Position numbers and translations under genes: made by a program | Notes under the pieces: generated by a model | Told to the model about the DNA's origin: nothing | Database searches by the model: none | Seen by the model: only the letters and a program-made list of their open reading frames with translations | Shown: positions 31,051 through 39,935 of the stretch, one piece after another | Position numbering within the stretch: position 1 is the stretch's first letter | Layout of the letters: the number at the start of each line of letters is the position of its first letter | IMG/VR virus record: IMGVR_UViG_3300044510_000078 | Reading direction: 5' to 3' (one strand) | DNA: 64,000 bases | Source: a virus

Positions 31051-31121
31051 CAAGTCTTTGGGCAATAGGGGCTTACGCTGGGCGGGGGCGTTTTTGCAAG
31101 TCCTTGTTAGTGAATAACTTA
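31051..31121. repeat. Paired-dyad element
   Basis: CAAGTCTTTGGGCAATAGGGGCTTA - 21 bp - CAAGTCCTTGTTAGTGAATAACTTA, 7 bp before TTGACT. Confidence 0.8.
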
Positions 31122-31165
31122 AAAATTCTTGACTTTTGAAATTTTTATGCTACAATAAGAAACAA

Positions 31166-31324
31166 GTGGATAAATCATTTTCAAACCTATCTCTTGACTC
31201 TGCCGCCGATGCTGTTGACATTCTCAGGGCAATGCAATCTCTTGATAATCAAGAACTTACGCAGTTTGAAACTTGGCTTGAGGCAATAATGGTTCCAACT
31301 GAGCGACCTATTTGCCACGAATAG
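31166..31324 (+). CDS. Hypothetical protein (52 aa, GTG start)
   Basis: TTGACT-17-TACAAT promoter. Confidence 0.6.
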   Translation: MDKSFSNLSLDSAADAVDILRAMQSLDNQELTQFETWLEAIMVPTERPICHE

Positions 31325-31428
31325 GAGGGCTATTTAGCGAAGTGGGTGTTCGTTTTTGGAATGCTATTTCGAGTGCCAGATGTTCATTTTTAAGTTGACT
31401 TTTTAGAGTTTTCTGATAATATCTTTTC

Positions 31429-31683
31429 ATGCTTAGTGAATACGATAAGACTCACCTCGACGAAATCCTCTGTGGTCATGGAGATTGGTTCACAGCGCAG
31501 CTTTTGCGTTTGATTGCGAAGTCTGACTTGAGCAATCGAGCGCGGCTGACGAAGGGTTTTCCTGAAGAAGTCGCCCTTGTCAACAAATATCAGTTTGGCG
31601 AGCCAGAAGATTCAACAGTCATGTGCGAAAATTGCCATTCTGCCGTGCATCACACGAACGAGTGCATTTATTCCCGACGCTAA
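31429..31683 (+). CDS. Hypothetical protein (84 aa; DWFTAQLLRLIAKSD..NRARL..GFPEEV)
   Basis: TTGACT-17-TAATAT promoter; leaderless ATG. Confidence 0.8.
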   Translation: MLSEYDKTHLDEILCGHGDWFTAQLLRLIAKSDLSNRARLTKGFPEEVALVNKYQFGEPEDSTVMCENCHSAVHHTNECIYSRR

Positions 31684-31690
31684 CAACATT

Positions 31691-31897
31691 ATGAATGACG
31701 AAACAAAGTATTTTCAGTGTCCAGCTTGCGAACAAGAAAGTGGTATGCCACTGCGTCAACTTCATCAATACATTCTTTGCCGTTGCACTTCTTGTAATTG
31801 GGAATGGGTATTGAGTGAAATTGAAGATTTACGCACTCCTCGTTTGGGAGTCGGTGATTTCGTTGAGTCTCGGGGCTATCGGAAGGGCTTTCGATAG
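31691..31897 (+). CDS. Zinc-ribbon protein (68 aa)
   Basis: CPAC...CTSC; ATG at 31691. Confidence 0.7.
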   Translation: MNDETKYFQCPACEQESGMPLRQLHQYILCRCTSCNWEWVLSEIEDLRTPRLGVGDFVESRGYRKGFR

Positions 31898-31978
31898 CGT
31901 TCTCTATTTTGAATAGAGCTTTCGGCCTAAAACCTTTCTAACTAGGGAGTTATGCAAATCGGGGACCGAAATTAAAAA

Positions 31979-32299
31979 TCACCCGCGAAGATAAATAACA
32001 TGGCCGCTCTTGCCAATACCTTCCATCCCGAATAAAGGAGATTTCACGTTTCCCCTTGCGTGTTTCGCTGGCGCATTAAAACTTGCGGGCTTGAAAATGT
32101 CTCCAGTTAAAATCTCGACAAAAGCCACAAGTCGGCGGTTGTTTTCAGAGCCATCGTGATTGATTTCAATACTAAAAACTTTCACGAACCTACGTCCAAC
32201 GGTCATTTTAACTATTGACTCTTTGAAGTAAGTGTAGCCCATTTCATTCTTATATTCATTCAAGCGTTTAGTAAGGGCAGTTGCAAAGTCGCAAATCAT
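31979..32299 (-). CDS. Conserved phage protein (GDIFKPASFNAPAKHARGNV), 5' end abuts a dyad
   Basis: Motif seen in small phage proteins; ATG overlaps the end of the dyad TAAGCCTTAATAATCAACGCCTTA. Confidence 0.7.
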   Translation of the reverse strand: MICDFATALTKRLNEYKNEMGYTYFKESIVKMTVGRRFVKVFSIEINHDGSENNRRLVAFVEILTGDIFKPASFNAPAKHARGNVKSPLFGMEGIGKSGHVIYLRG

Positions 32300-32330
32300 A
32301 AGGCGTTGATTATTAAGGCTTACCAAGATG

Positions 32331-32696
32331 TCACACGGTAAATTTGCACATTTCGTCTCGCACAACAGGGTCAAGACGAAAACACGGCGGCGGAAATTTG
32401 ACTCGTGCCGCCAAATTTTCAGGAGAAATGACTGCGCTGCGAGATTCACCCGTATCCTCATCGCAGCCAAGCACAAGACCATTGCCCATCAGCAAACGCC
32501 CATCGAAAAAAAACGCCTTCTCCGTGCCGTTAATCAAACCCTCATCGTCAACATAAAGGGTGTCGCCGTCCTCAAGATACCCACCCACGCAGAACAAATC
32601 GCAGCCAATCAACTTCCTAATTTCTCCGTCCGAAACGGAGACTTTGGAAATGGTTCGGTCAGTTGCGTTGATGAGAAAACCAGCGTTCGATTTCAT
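32331..32696 (-). CDS. DUF3846-like protein
   Basis: LIGC...DTLYVDDEGLI...LMGNGLVLG. Confidence 0.7.
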   Translation of the reverse strand: MKSNAGFLINATDRTISKVSVSDGEIRKLIGCDLFCVGGYLEDGDTLYVDDEGLINGTEKAFFFDGRLLMGNGLVLGCDEDTGESRSAVISPENLAARVKFPPPCFRLDPVVRDEMCKFTV

Positions 32697-32737
32697 AAAA
32701 GAATCTTATCAGAAGTTTGTGCAGGCGTCAAGATTTT

Positions 32738-33010
32738 TTAATCACTCGAATCGGTTTCCGTGTCCACGTTATACACGAAAAACTTATTGTGAGAGTCCAC
32801 GCTCTCGACCGTGCTGGACACAATCCTCATTGACTGCCCAAAGAACCCAGCCATTTTGACCAAAGTGAGAATTTCCTCCAAGGCTAGAGGAGCGTTGAAA
32901 CGCTTCACTGTCCAACCATGAGAAGTTACACACCCAAACGGAGAGTGGCCGGAATTCAGGGTCACAGAAATTCGAGGATTCGTTGGGCCATTAGAAAGTT
33001 GATTTGCCAT
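32738..33010 (-). CDS. Hypothetical protein (90 aa)
   Basis: TTGCGT...TAGTAT-6-ATG promoter; dyad 16 bp upstream of the -35. Confidence 0.7.
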   Translation of the reverse strand: MANQLSNGPTNPRISVTLNSGHSPFGCVTSHGWTVKRFNAPLALEEILTLVKMAGFFGQSMRIVSSTVESVDSHNKFFVYNVDTETDSSD

Positions 33011-33108
33011 GTCCAAATACTATCACAACAAACAAAAAACGCAAGAAATTTCTACATCTTTATGTTCTTTAGGCTCAAGGATTTATAAATCCGGCCCCCC
33101 CCGATTTT

Positions 33109-33306
33109 TTAATCGGACTCTTGCTCTGGATGAGGAACTGGCTTACCAGAGTAATGAGGATTTCTTTCCCACGTATCGTAATCAGTTAAAATCCAAGCTC
33201 GGTTGGGTCGTGTGGAACCATAATTGCGGGTGAACTCTCGACAGGCTTCTTGTTTGGTCGCAATTTGGTCTTCTCGTTCGTAGAAATGATTAGCAAGAGC
33301 ATCCAT
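33109..33306 (-). CDS. Hypothetical protein (65 aa; WILTDYDTWERNPHYSGKPVPHPE)
   Basis: Conserved-looking small phage protein motif. Confidence 0.75.
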   Translation of the reverse strand: MDALANHFYEREDQIATKQEACREFTRNYGSTRPNRAWILTDYDTWERNPHYSGKPVPHPEQESD

Positions 33307-33856
33307 AATTAAAATCGTCCAAAGTAACCTTTTTGCCAAGCACGACCGATAAGTGGAACATCAGTTCTTCCGCGCTATCCAGTTCGTCAATGGAGTGTAA
33401 ATCGTGACCCTGATAAACAATATCGCCATTATAGGCATTGTCAATCAGAGTTTCGTATGCGACTCGCGGACTATTGTAATTGTCATGGCGTCTTGCATAA
33501 TCCCATAGCCAGTTTTGAGAGATTTCTTTTTGCGTAGATTTATTAACAAAATTTTCTTTGTCAAGGTCTGGATGACTCCAATCATGGCGTAAATTTGTGA
33601 CTGTCTTTGGATACAGAAATAACCAACACGCTGAATTTTTGGAAGTGTATAGCTCCTTCAAAAACGGGTCAATGATACCGATTTTTGTTTTGGCGTTTCT
33701 ACTGACTTTGACCCCCATGCTCGACATTGACACAACTCCAACGTGCGCTCCTGCGCTCAAAACTTCATCAGAAATAACCGGAATTATAGCAACGTGAATT
33801 GCGTCACGGTTGGCGTTTGGAGTGGTGAGTTGTCCGATGTTTGGTTCATTTTTCAT
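33290..33856 (-). CDS. Hypothetical protein (188 aa), paralog of 57848-58393
   Basis: RDAIHVAIIPV, GIIDPFL, WLFLYPKTVTNLRHDWSHP, YGCSC. Confidence 0.85.
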   Translation of the reverse strand: MKNEPNIGQLTTPNANRDAIHVAIIPVISDEVLSAGAHVGVVSMSSMGVKVSRNAKTKIGIIDPFLKELYTSKNSACWLFLYPKTVTNLRHDWSHPDLDKENFVNKSTQKEISQNWLWDYARRHDNYNSPRVAYETLIDNAYNGDIVYQGHDLHSIDELDSAEELMFHLSVVLGKKVTLDDFNYGCSC

Positions 33857-33859
33857 GTT

Positions 33860-34100
33860 TTAGATTTCAAAGTTTTTGAGCATACGGTCAACAGTTTCCT
33901 TTGGGACATTATGGACGCTACCAAAGTTTCCTTTGACGATGATTTCCTGAATTTGATAACCGTGATGTTCGGCAAATTCAACGTATGGCTCCATTTTCCC
34001 ACTTTTTGACGCTTGTGTTAGAAACAATTACCTGTTCGACTCCCTTAGCCATCGCTTCTTTGGCGTCCTGAATACAGCGGATGTGGCTCATCGGGATATG
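33860..34100 (-). pseudogene. 5'-truncated, frameshifted AAA_33/polynucleotide-kinase-like remnant
   Basis: VIVSNTSVKKWE (+1 in the A4 run at 33994-33997) MEPYVEFAEHHGY...SVHNVPKETVDRM; no P-loop upstream. Confidence 0.6.
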
Positions 34101-34123
34101 GGAAAATCATTGCTGATGAAAAA

Positions 34124-34618
34124 ATGTGCGCCTACAAGAAAAAACAATCAATCAATAATTCTGGACAAAAAAATAAAATGTTCGGTAAACCGTCTCCCAA
34201 TGGCTCTGGGAATGGGTGGAAAGGATGGATTGACGGAAAACATTTCAGAAGTTTAAGAGAGTTAGTGATTCTTATAGAACTAATAGATACGAAGTCTATT
34301 TTTGAATCTGGAGAACAGGCAAAATATGCTATAAACTATATTGATTGTCTTGGGGTAAAAAGGACATATTTTCCAGATTATATTGTTTTTTCATCAAAAC
34401 AAATCATAGAAATCAAACCTAAAAGACTCTGGGGAACTCCGAGTGTAAAAAGAAAAAGCTCGGTTGGAAAAATTTTTGCTGAATCTATGGGATTTAATTA
34501 CGTCTTAAAAGACCCAATTATAGAGTCCAATAAAATTAAAGCCATAATACACAGAATAAAATTTTATCCAAAATATGAAAAAAAGTTTTGGGAATGGCAA
34601 ACTATGCCCGTTCGCTAG
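34124..34618 (+). CDS. TnsA-like PD-(D/E)xK free-standing endonuclease, probably 5'-truncated
   Basis: NKMFGKP, HFRSLRE, RTYFPDYIV...IIEIKP; the frame extends upstream without a start to about 34091. Confidence 0.65.
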   Translation: MCAYKKKQSINNSGQKNKMFGKPSPNGSGNGWKGWIDGKHFRSLRELVILIELIDTKSIFESGEQAKYAINYIDCLGVKRTYFPDYIVFSSKQIIEIKPKRLWGTPSVKRKSSVGKIFAESMGFNYVLKDPIIESNKIKAIIHRIKFYPKYEKKFWEWQTMPVR

Positions 34619-35003
34619 TTGTCGGCCTAAACCAAATGCCGCGCTCCAAAGTCAAGTTTCCCAAAACAGGAAAACGCACAAATAGCTGCTTGAAAGCCCA
34701 TCCAGAATTAGCCGCGAACATTTTCAGAAGTTCTTCTCGAATCCGTTCCGTTGACACTCCAGAAAAAGAATTCAAAGAAAACTTATGAATTGCATTACTG
34801 GTTTCCCAAAGTAAGTGCATCTTCTTGGTGGCGGCAAAACGCAAAGCACGTAAAATTCTCAGCTTATCTTCGTTGAAGCGGTGAACCGGATTGCCAACGC
34901 AACGAACAACTCTCGCACAAATATCTCCCCTGCCATTATGCGGGTCAATTAGCTCATTGGTTGAGATATTCCTTGCGATGGCGTTCATGGTGAAGCGCGA
35001 GCA
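34602..35003 (-). pseudogene. C-terminal half of a CCA-adding/poly(A) polymerase nucleotidyltransferase
   Basis: (R)FTMNAIA, LIDPHNGRGD, RFNEDKLRILRALRF, VSTERIREEL. The N-terminal GGxVRD/DxD half is missing and replaced by a dyad at 35004-35028. Confidence 0.8.
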
Positions 35004-35083
35004 TAAACCCTTCATAATCATAGACTTACAAGGTAATAAAAAATGTATTGACTTTTTAATAGCCGTCTGATAATATATCCAAA

Positions 35084-36169
35084 ATGAAAATCAACCTCCA
35101 ATCTATTGACCGCTCTCAATTCCTAGTCCAAGAGCGTCTAGTGAATGGTGAGACAATGGTATTGGTTAATCCTCAACACGTTGGAGTAAAGTGGACGCCT
35201 GAAAACCTTCATTATCGTTCTTCTCTGTGGACTCTCGAAGGAGAGTTGGTTTCTGCGTCTTTCAAAAAGTTTTTTAATTGGGGAGAGCAACCAAATCTTG
35301 CACCGATTCCAAATTCTCTTGCCGGACATTCTTTGATTGAAAAGTTGGACGGTTCAACGCTAATCGTTTCCCGTTACAAGGGTAATCTCATTATACGCAC
35401 GCGAGGCACGGCAGACGCAACTGGACTTGAAAATGGCCACGAAATTGCTCTCTTGCGAAAATGCTATCCATACGCATTTAATCACGTTGACGTGAATTGT
35501 GAAAATTATTCAGTAATTTTTGAGTGGCTTTCTCCGACGAACAAAATCGTCATTGATTATGGCGCGGAGCCAGAGATTCGACTTATCGGCCAAATCAGTC
35601 ATCGGAACTATGCGCTGACTTCTCAAAAGGAGCTTGACGTGATTGCGGAAGAAATGGGAGTCAAGCGTCCAAAGCGTTTCTCGTTTGATACCGTTGAAGA
35701 AATGATTGGTTCTGTCGAAAAGCTACAAGGACAAGAGGGGCTTTGCTGCTATTCACCAGATGGACAAAACATCCGTAAGGTTAAGTCTGCTTGGTATCTT
35801 GCGCTCCACCGTTTCAAGGAAAACGCTACCCTAGACAATACCGTGGATTTGTTTTTTGAGTATGGTTGTCCGAATTTTCTGGGCTTTCAAGGTAAGTTGG
35901 TGCAAACTTTTGATTATGAATGTTGGAACATGGTTCAGGGCTTTGCGTCTTGTGTGGTTGACGCTTACGAGCAAGCAACCCGAATCGCGTCGGGTATGGT
36001 TCGATTTGTAGAACCTCTGAAGTCTGTCTCGCGTAAGGAAGCGGCGCAAAAGATTCTCGCCTCTTATGGACAAACGAATCGGGCGTCGTTTTGTTTTCAA
36101 ATCTTGGACGGTAAGACTTTGGACATTGACGCACAAAAGAAGCTCCTTTGGCAATGCCTGAAAAAGTGA
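35084..36169 (+). CDS. RNA ligase, T4 Rnl1-like
   Basis: FKKFFNWGE, motif I EKLDGST, IFEW, EGLCC, KVKSAWY. Confidence 0.85.
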   Translation: MKINLQSIDRSQFLVQERLVNGETMVLVNPQHVGVKWTPENLHYRSSLWTLEGELVSASFKKFFNWGEQPNLAPIPNSLAGHSLIEKLDGSTLIVSRYKGNLIIRTRGTADATGLENGHEIALLRKCYPYAFNHVDVNCENYSVIFEWLSPTNKIVIDYGAEPEIRLIGQISHRNYALTSQKELDVIAEEMGVKRPKRFSFDTVEEMIGSVEKLQGQEGLCCYSPDGQNIRKVKSAWYLALHRFKENATLDNTVDLFFEYGCPNFLGFQGKLVQTFDYECWNMVQGFASCVVDAYEQATRIASGMVRFVEPLKSVSRKEAAQKILASYGQTNRASFCFQILDGKTLDIDAQKKLLWQCLKK

Positions 36170-36292
36170 ACTCCTATAAGTATTACAACAACAAAGCGGG
36201 TCGCGCGCTTCATAAGTGGTTGATTAATAAAGGGTTATGTTTTTTTAATTTTTGGGATTGACATTACAATAAAGTAATGGTAATCTATTCTT

Positions 36293-36410
36293 ACCTGAAA
36301 TCCTCAAGGGGTTGGAAAGAGTTGAATAAAGCATTGCCCCTAAGAAGCCTGACGGTAAATCTTTAGAGAACGTAAAACTGGGCTGAAAAACTTAATGCAA
36401 GTCAAGGGGC
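36293..36410 (+). ncRNA. Candidate small RNA
   Basis: TTGACA-17-TAATCT promoter; no ORF; AGGGG/CCCCT and AGCC/GGCT stems. Confidence 0.4.
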
Positions 36411-36454
36411 GAGGACGACTTGACATTCTTTTGAATGTGCGATAGTATAGTTTC

Positions 36455-36525
36455 AGCGTAAGGTTCGGGGTCGTCGGCGGTTTTACGCGACGTTAATAAC
36501 CTGTTCCCAAAACCCCATTGACAGG
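36455..36525 (+). ncRNA. Candidate small pseudoknotted RNA
   Basis: TTGACA-17-TAGTAT promoter; no ORF; CGTCG/CGACG, GGTTTT/AAAACC and CCTGT/ACAGG pairings. Confidence 0.45.
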
Positions 36526-36551
36526 CAGAAAATTTACTGTAAAATCTAATC

Positions 36552-36707
36552 ATGGCTAATGAACAAAAAACTGGGAATTGTCCAAAGTGCGGACGCCGTT
36601 ATCCTTTGAACGAAAACGGCCTTTTGCCCCTTCACAAAGTTCTAAAAGGAAACGGAAGTCGAAGTATCCTTTCCTGTAAGGGCAAGGGAGCAAAACCAGT
36701 TTCTTAA
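36552..36707 (+). CDS. Small zinc-binding protein (51 aa), paralog of 54048-54224
   Basis: Read manually: GNCPKCG...LHKVLKGNGSRSILSCKGKG. Confidence 0.75.
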   Translation: MANEQKTGNCPKCGRRYPLNENGLLPLHKVLKGNGSRSILSCKGKGAKPVS

Positions 36708-36710
36708 AGT

Positions 36711-36932
36711 ATGGTCGTCAGACAATGTTACTACTGCGAAAAGGAATTTGATATTCCAAACTCTCAAGGAGTATCTCATGGAGTTTGTAAAAGACATTCG
36801 ATAATGTTGTTTGATGACCCTTCCACAATTGCAATTGTAGGGAAAGTGGTTGCGGAGGAAACAAAGGGCTTACTTTTATCTCACCCAGATAGATACTTTT
36901 GCCCAGATATGTCTCAAATCTTTGATGGCTGA
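36711..36932 (+). CDS. Small CxxC...HGxCxxH protein (73 aa)
   Basis: CYYC, SHGVCKRH. Confidence 0.7.
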   Translation: MVVRQCYYCEKEFDIPNSQGVSHGVCKRHSIMLFDDPSTIAIVGKVVAEETKGLLLSHPDRYFCPDMSQIFDG

Positions 36933-36934
36933 TT

Positions 36935-37114
36935 ATGCCAATGCTTCTTAAAACTTTTAAGTCCATTAAAGCATACGCCAATTTTAATGGCGTCAACGTA
37001 GAAAAAGTTGGTCGTAAGTATCATTCTTGGCGTAAAGATGACCACTCAGTTATAGCAGAGTCAAAGACTTTGATGGAACTTTTGTGCGATATTGACGATT
37101 TAATTGCGGGCTGA
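36935..37114 (+). CDS. Hypothetical protein (59 aa)
   Basis: Read manually; continues the operon. Confidence 0.55.
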   Translation: MPMLLKTFKSIKAYANFNGVNVEKVGRKYHSWRKDDHSVIAESKTLMELLCDIDDLIAG

Positions 37115-37168
37115 AATTTTCGGCCCACCGGAACCGCAAGCCCCTAAACCGCAGGAGCTTGCGAAGTT

Positions 37169-37468
37169 TTAGCTGTTCGGATAAACCCAGCCCTTTTCGG
37201 GAGTGTAGTAAGGCCGACCCTTATAAATCGGCTCATGGACAGTGCGAGAATCGCCGGGATTGCGAAGAACGCGCATCTGCATATTCTTCTTCTCGTTGCA
37301 CGACACAACTCCGTCCTTGTTCATCTGAGAAACGGGAACGGAAATAGCCTGACTCTTTGCGTCGGAATAGTAGTTGGGAGAGTTGACAACACGAACAACG
37401 AAGCTGTCGCCATTCTTAATTGCACGCGCAACCGCAATCCGAAACCGCTTGGTGTTTTTGTTTGCCAT
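37169..37468 (-). CDS. Basic hypothetical protein (99 aa)
   Basis: TTGACA promoter upstream; ORF track. Confidence 0.7.
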   Translation of the reverse strand: MANKNTKRFRIAVARAIKNGDSFVVRVVNSPNYYSDAKSQAISVPVSQMNKDGVVSCNEKKNMQMRVLRNPGDSRTVHEPIYKGRPYYTPEKGWVYPNS

Positions 37469-37527
37469 AGTTTTGAGTTGTTTGATTGTTACGAGACTAC
37501 TTTAGCACGGAAAACTGCATTTGTCAA

Positions 37528-38544
37528 TCACTTTTTGACGCCGAAATTCGGATTGATTACCTTGACCGATTGACGCTTGCCGAGTTCGGATGAATAAGCC
37601 CCGTCCAGAGAACGGATAACGATTCCCTCTGCGGGAGAACCATTCGCATACTTTTGCTGACTGGCAAAGTCAATGAGTTGTTCAATAGACTGCTCGCATT
37701 TGCCAGAATACAAAATCGGCACAGACTTCAATCCCGTCGCGTCACAGAACATCTTGACCCGAATCGGCGAAAAATACACTCCAAGTTTCGAGTCATAGAC
37801 ATCAAACACAAACAAATCTTCTTCCGTGAGTCCGAGTTTGTTGCCATTGAATTTTGGCCCGACAATCTCTCCCTGAACAATGAGTCCAGAGTTTGCAATC
37901 GTAGTTGCGAGTTTATACTTCGCGGCCATTCGATTCCAGCCGTTATCTGCATCTGACTTCAAGCATTGTCCGCGAGAACAAGCGCGAAAGCCTACGTTTT
38001 CCTTTTCAAAGAACGTGCCGCTAGAGCCGTCCATTTTCAAGGTAATAACAATATCCTTGCCACGCAATTCCTCCAAAACTTTCGGATAGCTCAAAAGATT
38101 CAATTCATCTGTGCGAGAAATCAAATGAGCCGGGAAACCGCTTTCAGCTTGCGGATTATTCGTAAGTTCTTCGGGCCGGACATACTTTTGCGTCTTAGTG
38201 AATACGGAAACGTCCATTCCCTGAAAGATGGGAGGCACTTCACCCCAATAGGCGAGACTTTGCACTGGCATTAAAAGACCCTGAGAAAGCTGCTTCTTAA
38301 ATCGGCAAGGCCAAACGTAACTTTTTCGCTCTGCCATAAATGCCAAAGCGGGATTGCTTGAATCAACAATGGTGTCTGGACAGATATAGACGGCAAGGCT
38401 ACCAACCTGAAATTCGTCCTTTTTGACAACGACTTGCCAAGCGTTATCTTCCATTTTAGCAACAACAATCCTGTCCGCGCCTTCAATTGGAAGGATTTCC
38501 TTAATGCGGACAATCGTTGCAAGCCTATCGCTTTGAGTCGTCAT
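37528..38544 (-). CDS. RNA ligase, DRB0094/Rnl2-like with N-terminal OB-type domain
   Basis: ILPIEGADRIV, QLSQGLL, motif I TLKMDGSS, VQGEIVGP, FVFDV, EGIVIR, SVKVIN; ATG at 38544. Confidence 0.88.
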   Translation of the reverse strand: MTTQSDRLATIVRIKEILPIEGADRIVVAKMEDNAWQVVVKKDEFQVGSLAVYICPDTIVDSSNPALAFMAERKSYVWPCRFKKQLSQGLLMPVQSLAYWGEVPPIFQGMDVSVFTKTQKYVRPEELTNNPQAESGFPAHLISRTDELNLLSYPKVLEELRGKDIVITLKMDGSSGTFFEKENVGFRACSRGQCLKSDADNGWNRMAAKYKLATTIANSGLIVQGEIVGPKFNGNKLGLTEEDLFVFDVYDSKLGVYFSPIRVKMFCDATGLKSVPILYSGKCEQSIEQLIDFASQQKYANGSPAEGIVIRSLDGAYSSELGKRQSVKVINPNFGVKK

Positions 38545-38549
38545 ACTTT

Positions 38550-38966
38550 TTAAATAGTAGCAGATTTTTGAGGTTTCGTCAAGCAAAGACTTGAAAGTTT
38601 TCGCACTTCCTTGCGGTTTTGCAGGACGTGTTCTTCGTCGAGAATGACGGCTTGCGAACTACCAACCAAAACGTCGGCGTCGTAAATTGCAAGCTTAAAT
38701 CCTAACGCCTCAAGAGCCAAAAGGATTTTATCATCATAAAACCACGCCCTAAGCTGTTCAATGCTCTTGAACCCAAATCGAAAGCGAGGAAAATAAGGCT
38801 CCGAAAATCCATCCTTCCTCAATGACTCCATCAAAAGAGAATCGTCTTGCGGGACAGGATGGCGGGGGCTAGACGAACTCTTACCTTTCAACCACTGACG
38901 GATTGCATCATACCCATTTTTATATGGGCCGTATCGCTTTTTATCTTCAATCCTGTAAAACAGCAC
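38550..38966 (-). CDS. Hypothetical protein (138 aa; YRIE..GPY..HP.P..D...FGF.S..QL..WF)
   Basis: TTGACT...TATATT-6-GTG promoter; dyad 17 bp upstream of the -35. Confidence 0.8.
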   Translation of the reverse strand: MLFYRIEDKKRYGPYKNGYDAIRQWLKGKSSSSPRHPVPQDDSLLMESLRKDGFSEPYFPRFRFGFKSIEQLRAWFYDDKILLALEALGFKLAIYDADVLVGSSQAVILDEEHVLQNRKEVRKLSSLCLTKPQKSATI

Positions 38967-39078
38967 GCGACAAATATACCAGAAAACCCTTCAAAGTCAA
39001 CAAAAAAAATAAATTTATAATTCCTTTATAGGCAAAGACTTACGTAGCCCGGGCCGCGCTCGACGTGCTCGACGACCC

Positions 39079-39380
39079 TTAATCGTCATACGCTCGAACA
39101 ACTTTTATGCGCCACTTACCTTCGCCGATTTTTTGAATAGACTCAAGATAAGGTTCGTGCCAAGCTGGATTTTCATTTTTTTCTTTGAATGGACAAAGAC
39201 CTTTGGCGTGGTTCAAAATTACAGACTCAATCCATTTTACAGGTCGGAAATCGTTTCCCTCAAGGCTACTATACGGAATTTCCTCGGCGGTTAAAATAAA
39301 CTGATAAACCGTATCAGAGTAAGGGCGAATTTGCCCCCAAATTTCTCGTTCGACAGTTAATCGGAAATCTCCTTTTTCAT
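39079..39380 (-). pseudogene. Frameshifted hypothetical gene (about 100 aa)
   Basis: ATG AAAAA GG gives MKKEISD*; one more A would give MKKGDFRLTVEREIWGQ...VVRAYDD*. Confidence 0.55.
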
Positions 39381-39381
39381 T

Positions 39382-39789
39382 TTAGGGTTTGATATTTTTC
39401 TGGACTTTCATCCAATAGGATTGAGTTGACGATTTGGACGCGCCTTTTGGCCCGCCATTCCAAATTTTAGCGAGCGTTTCGTAATCCTTTGAGACGATTG
39501 CAGGCTTGCCATAGCGATTCAAATAAGCAGACATGATTTTCTTTGAGTAGTCAAGTTTGGAACAATCCGAATAGCTACCGCCAATTGACTTGTCAAACTC
39601 TACTGCATCGCGCCAACAACCATGATGAATTTGGAAAGGCCCAAGAGCCTTACCGCCATCTCCATAAATTGTTCCTGTTTTGCCGCCGGTTTCTACTTGA
39701 TGAATCGCCGTGACAAATTTAGAGTCAAGCTCTGCCGCATAAAAAGAAAACGGCAACATCACCAAAAGGATGATTAGTTTTTTCATCAT
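39382..39789 (-). CDS. Secreted lysozyme-like (destabilase/transglycosylase fold) protein
   Basis: Signal peptide; AIHQVETGG, GDGGKALGPFQIH, WRDA, KIWNGGP, YW. Confidence 0.8.
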   Translation of the reverse strand: MMKKLIILLVMLPFSFYAAELDSKFVTAIHQVETGGKTGTIYGDGGKALGPFQIHHGCWRDAVEFDKSIGGSYSDCSKLDYSKKIMSAYLNRYGKPAIVSKDYETLAKIWNGGPKGASKSSTQSYWMKVQKNIKP

Positions 39790-39935
39790 CGAACGCCAGA
39801 AACATCTACATTGTCGAGGAAAGCCTCGAATTCATTTTTAGGAACTCCAAGAGCTTCGGCGAATTGCTCGACCATTTCTTCGTCTGCCGCAATAGTTTGG
39901 AGTAAATCCTCAAGAATTGTTGCGTTGTCGTTCAT
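39786..39935 (-). CDS. Acidic microprotein (49 aa)
   Basis: Read manually; ATGA overlaps with both neighbours. Confidence 0.65.
   Translation of the reverse strand: MNDNATILEDLLQTIAADEEMVEQFAEALGVPKNEFEAFLDNVDVSGVR

Noticed and set aside
25393-31121. Paired dyads as intrinsic terminators or classical integron attC sites
   Set aside because: There are no U-tracts, the arms within a copy pair poorly, there are no GTTRRRY/RYYYAAC cores and no IntI is visible. They are kept only as an analogy.
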